NCBI GenBank assembly: GCA_051439425.1
Contig: JBFRWD010000123.1
Location: 38,052 to 102,051, forward strand
Source: Synechococcus sp.
GTDB taxonomy: Bacteria > Cyanobacteriota > Cyanobacteriia > Thermostichales > PCC-7336
Length of the DNA: 64,000 nucleotides
Reading direction: 5' to 3'
The number at the start of each line of letters is the position of its first letter. Within the stretch, counting starts at the first letter, position 1. Below are positions 62,007-64,000 of this stretch, in pieces. The notes below the pieces were generated by a model. It had not been told where the DNA came from. It worked only from the letters and a program-made list of their open reading frames with translations, and made no database searches. The translations under genes and the position numbers were made by a program.

Positions 62007-64000
62007 CTAAACTGCAACCACGTTGAGAGAGTCAATATTGACTTGTGTTTTGCCAGACGCTCGCAACCGAACCTTATTGCTGCCCTTCTTCAGATAGACA
62101 GTATCGCGATCGAGTCGCCAGTTGTTCCATCCGCCCGTACTGGAAAATTTGGGCGAGTATCGATCGGTTTTTCCGTTGACAACCAGCTGCAGCGGGCTTC
62201 TAGAAACCTTGTCCCCTTGGGAGTATCGCCAATCTAAGCGGTAGCGTCCTGCTTTGGGAACGTCTATAGTCCACTCAATCGAATCTCCAGTAGAGCGATC
62301 GAACTTCACATAACGGTTCCCTTGAGCCCTATTTTTAGCCCATCGGGTATCGACACCAATCAGCTTTGCATTTTCTGCTTGGTAGGTTTGCCTGTGATTA
62401 TTATTTGAGCCAGAGTTGTTTTGGCCGACCCGATCGATCGAACCTGCTTGAGAAGTCGGTTTCAGTTCAAGCGCATCCAAGCGGGCATGCTCACCACGAT
62501 TCTCGGTACCGATAATCGTCAGACGATCGCCCGCCTTTAGCGTCAAGCCTCTAACGGTGCGGGTTCGTAGCGTTTGAGCATTGAGGGTATCGCTATTCGA
62601 GCGACCATTCAGGGTCCATCGATCCAGCGTCTTGCCGTTCAGTTGAACCTGGAACTGCCCGGCACCATCTTTCTCGTCATAGTATTTCAAGTCAAGATTG
62701 TAGGTTCCGCGAGAGCCTTTGTGAACGTAGACAGCTCTTCCAGTTTCTTTCGAGCCTCTCCCTCGCAAGCCAATCATCTTGCGACCAGACGCAAAAGAGT
62801 TATGCTCCACTCGATAGTTACTTAACTGTAATGACTCGGCCTCCACACGGATAATGTCAGAGTTCTGTGGCTGGCTGAATCGATTTGCGGCACTACCAGA
62901 ATTGCCGGCATTACCAGAATTGCCGCCCTTGCCAGAATTACCGCCACCACCAGTGGAGGGAGACTGAGGCTTCTGCTCCGGAATCGACTGAATACTCGCT
63001 CCTTTACCGTGCCCAGTTGTAATCGTGTAGTCGTCTGCGTAGTAAACCCGTCGACTAGTGGATGACTTTTGGGGGCGAGCAGTCCAGTCAGGCTTGTAAA
63101 TACCAATTTTGGGATAGGGAGCCAGGTTGTCATTGAAGGTATTGGGTCCTGTTTTGTTAAAGACCAATTTGCCATCCCGATACACGCGGAAAACACCGTC
63201 AGCTTTGTAGCTCCACTTAATTTCAAATTTCCAGTCAATCCATTCCCCCTTCTTGAGCGCGCCTAGATTGGTCGTGCGCGATCCGTGACTACTTTTATCT
63301 TTAGTATTTGTAACTCGATCTGCGTCCCAAGCTTGCTTGAGGTTAAATGAGTTACCGGATACCCGTAGTGAGGCTGGAGGATTACGGTACGGCTCGCCGA
63401 GATTGCGATCGGGAGTGCCGTGCCATTGAGCAACCACTTCGAACGAACTATCGGCTTTCCAGTCGTTCGGAAAATACATGCGGAACGAGTAAGTATAGTC
63501 TTGGCCAAATTTGGCTCGCTCTACACTGGGAATGACTTCAGCCCGATGCTTATTTTGGCTGAGTGGGTCCGTTCTCCGCAGCTCAAACCTCACGGCTTTA
63601 CCCGACCCTTCGGGATTACTAACAGAGTTGATTCCGTGTTTGGTTTTACTGGCTCGACGGAAGTTGCCCAAGCTGTCTCCACCACTCTTAAACAGGGTTT
63701 TGCCTTGGAGGACAGATTTATAGTCTTGTGCAACTGAGTTCTGGAAGGGAGAGCGGGTTTCGATTTGGCCATTGGAGAACTCCAATTGCCAATTGCCACC
63801 CAACTGGCCATGCCCTGTTAAGTCATTCGAAGCTGCAATATCAGCTCCTGTCAGTTCACCAATCTGGTTGAGAAATGTTGCTCCCTTTTGGCCAGCAGCA
63901 ACGTTACATCCATAGAACAAAATATCGGCATTCTCAGACAGAGCAGTTTGCCACTGCTGTAATTCGTCGCTGTACTGATTCAGTGCTGCAGCAGAAATGG
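62007..64000 (-). CDS. DUF4347 plus polysaccharide-lyase-like domain plus two CBM-like domains (5' end outside window)
   Basis: ADILFYGCNVA...GADIAAS.D.TG; RAE, QWH, YPKIGIYK; VEAE and YQAENA...STGGWNNW. Confidence 0.8.
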   Translation of the reverse strand, partial: ISAAALNQYSDELQQWQTALSENADILFYGCNVAAGQKGATFLNQIGELTGADIAASNDLTGHGQLGGNWQLEFSNGQIETRSPFQNSVAQDYKSVLQGKTLFKSGGDSLGNFRRASKTKHGINSVSNPEGSGKAVRFELRRTDPLSQNKHRAEVIPSVERAKFGQDYTYSFRMYFPNDWKADSSFEVVAQWHGTPDRNLGEPYRNPPASLRVSGNSFNLKQAWDADRVTNTKDKSSHGSRTTNLGALKKGEWIDWKFEIKWSYKADGVFRVYRDGKLVFNKTGPNTFNDNLAPYPKIGIYKPDWTARPQKSSTSRRVYYADDYTITTGHGKGASIQSIPEQKPQSPSTGGGGNSGKGGNSGNAGNSGSAANRFSQPQNSDIIRVEAESLQLSNYRVEHNSFASGRKMIGLRGRGSKETGRAVYVHKGSRGTYNLDLKYYDEKDGAGQFQVQLNGKTLDRWTLNGRSNSDTLNAQTLRTRTVRGLTLKAGDRLTIIGTENRGEHARLDALELKPTSQAGSIDRVGQNNSGSNNNHRQTYQAENAKLIGVDTRWAKNRAQGNRYVKFDRSTGDSIEWTIDVPKAGRYRLDWRYSQGDKVSRSPLQLVVNGKTDRYSPKFSSTGGWNNWRLDRDTVYLKKGSNKVRLRASGKTQVNIDSLNVVAV

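Overview
This is a cyanobacterial chromosome window: HIP1 octamers (GCGATCGC) are frequent, and rpaB, ycf35, a petC-type Rieske gene and cyanobacterial-type ftsZ and argC are present. Most of it is housekeeping: tpiA, aroC, secDF, sfsA, nadE, pstS, codA, argC-like, tsaB, ftsZ, rpaB, ilvE, ppsA, trxB, a type II NADH dehydrogenase, rnhB, ispF, tRNA-Leu(UAG) and initiator tRNA-Met. Accessory patches are (i) an AT-richer four-gene minor-pilin operon (FimT/PilV/PilW/PilX-like) whose first pilin carries a C-terminal lectin-like domain, with a dead IS5-family element upstream; (ii) a pair of secreted proteins, one of which looks like a disulfide-closed giant beta-hairpin; and (iii) surface and carbohydrate proteins at the right end. 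Reading the sequence also shows two dispersed MITE-like repeat families, several degenerate enzymes (ArgC-like, alpha/beta hydrolase, GAF kinase, receiver domains), a protein resembling a tandem IF7/GifA, a frameshifted Rieske gene and a 55-aa ORF missing from the track. No CRISPR array, rRNA or prophage was seen. All family calls come from motif recognition by eye, with no database searches.
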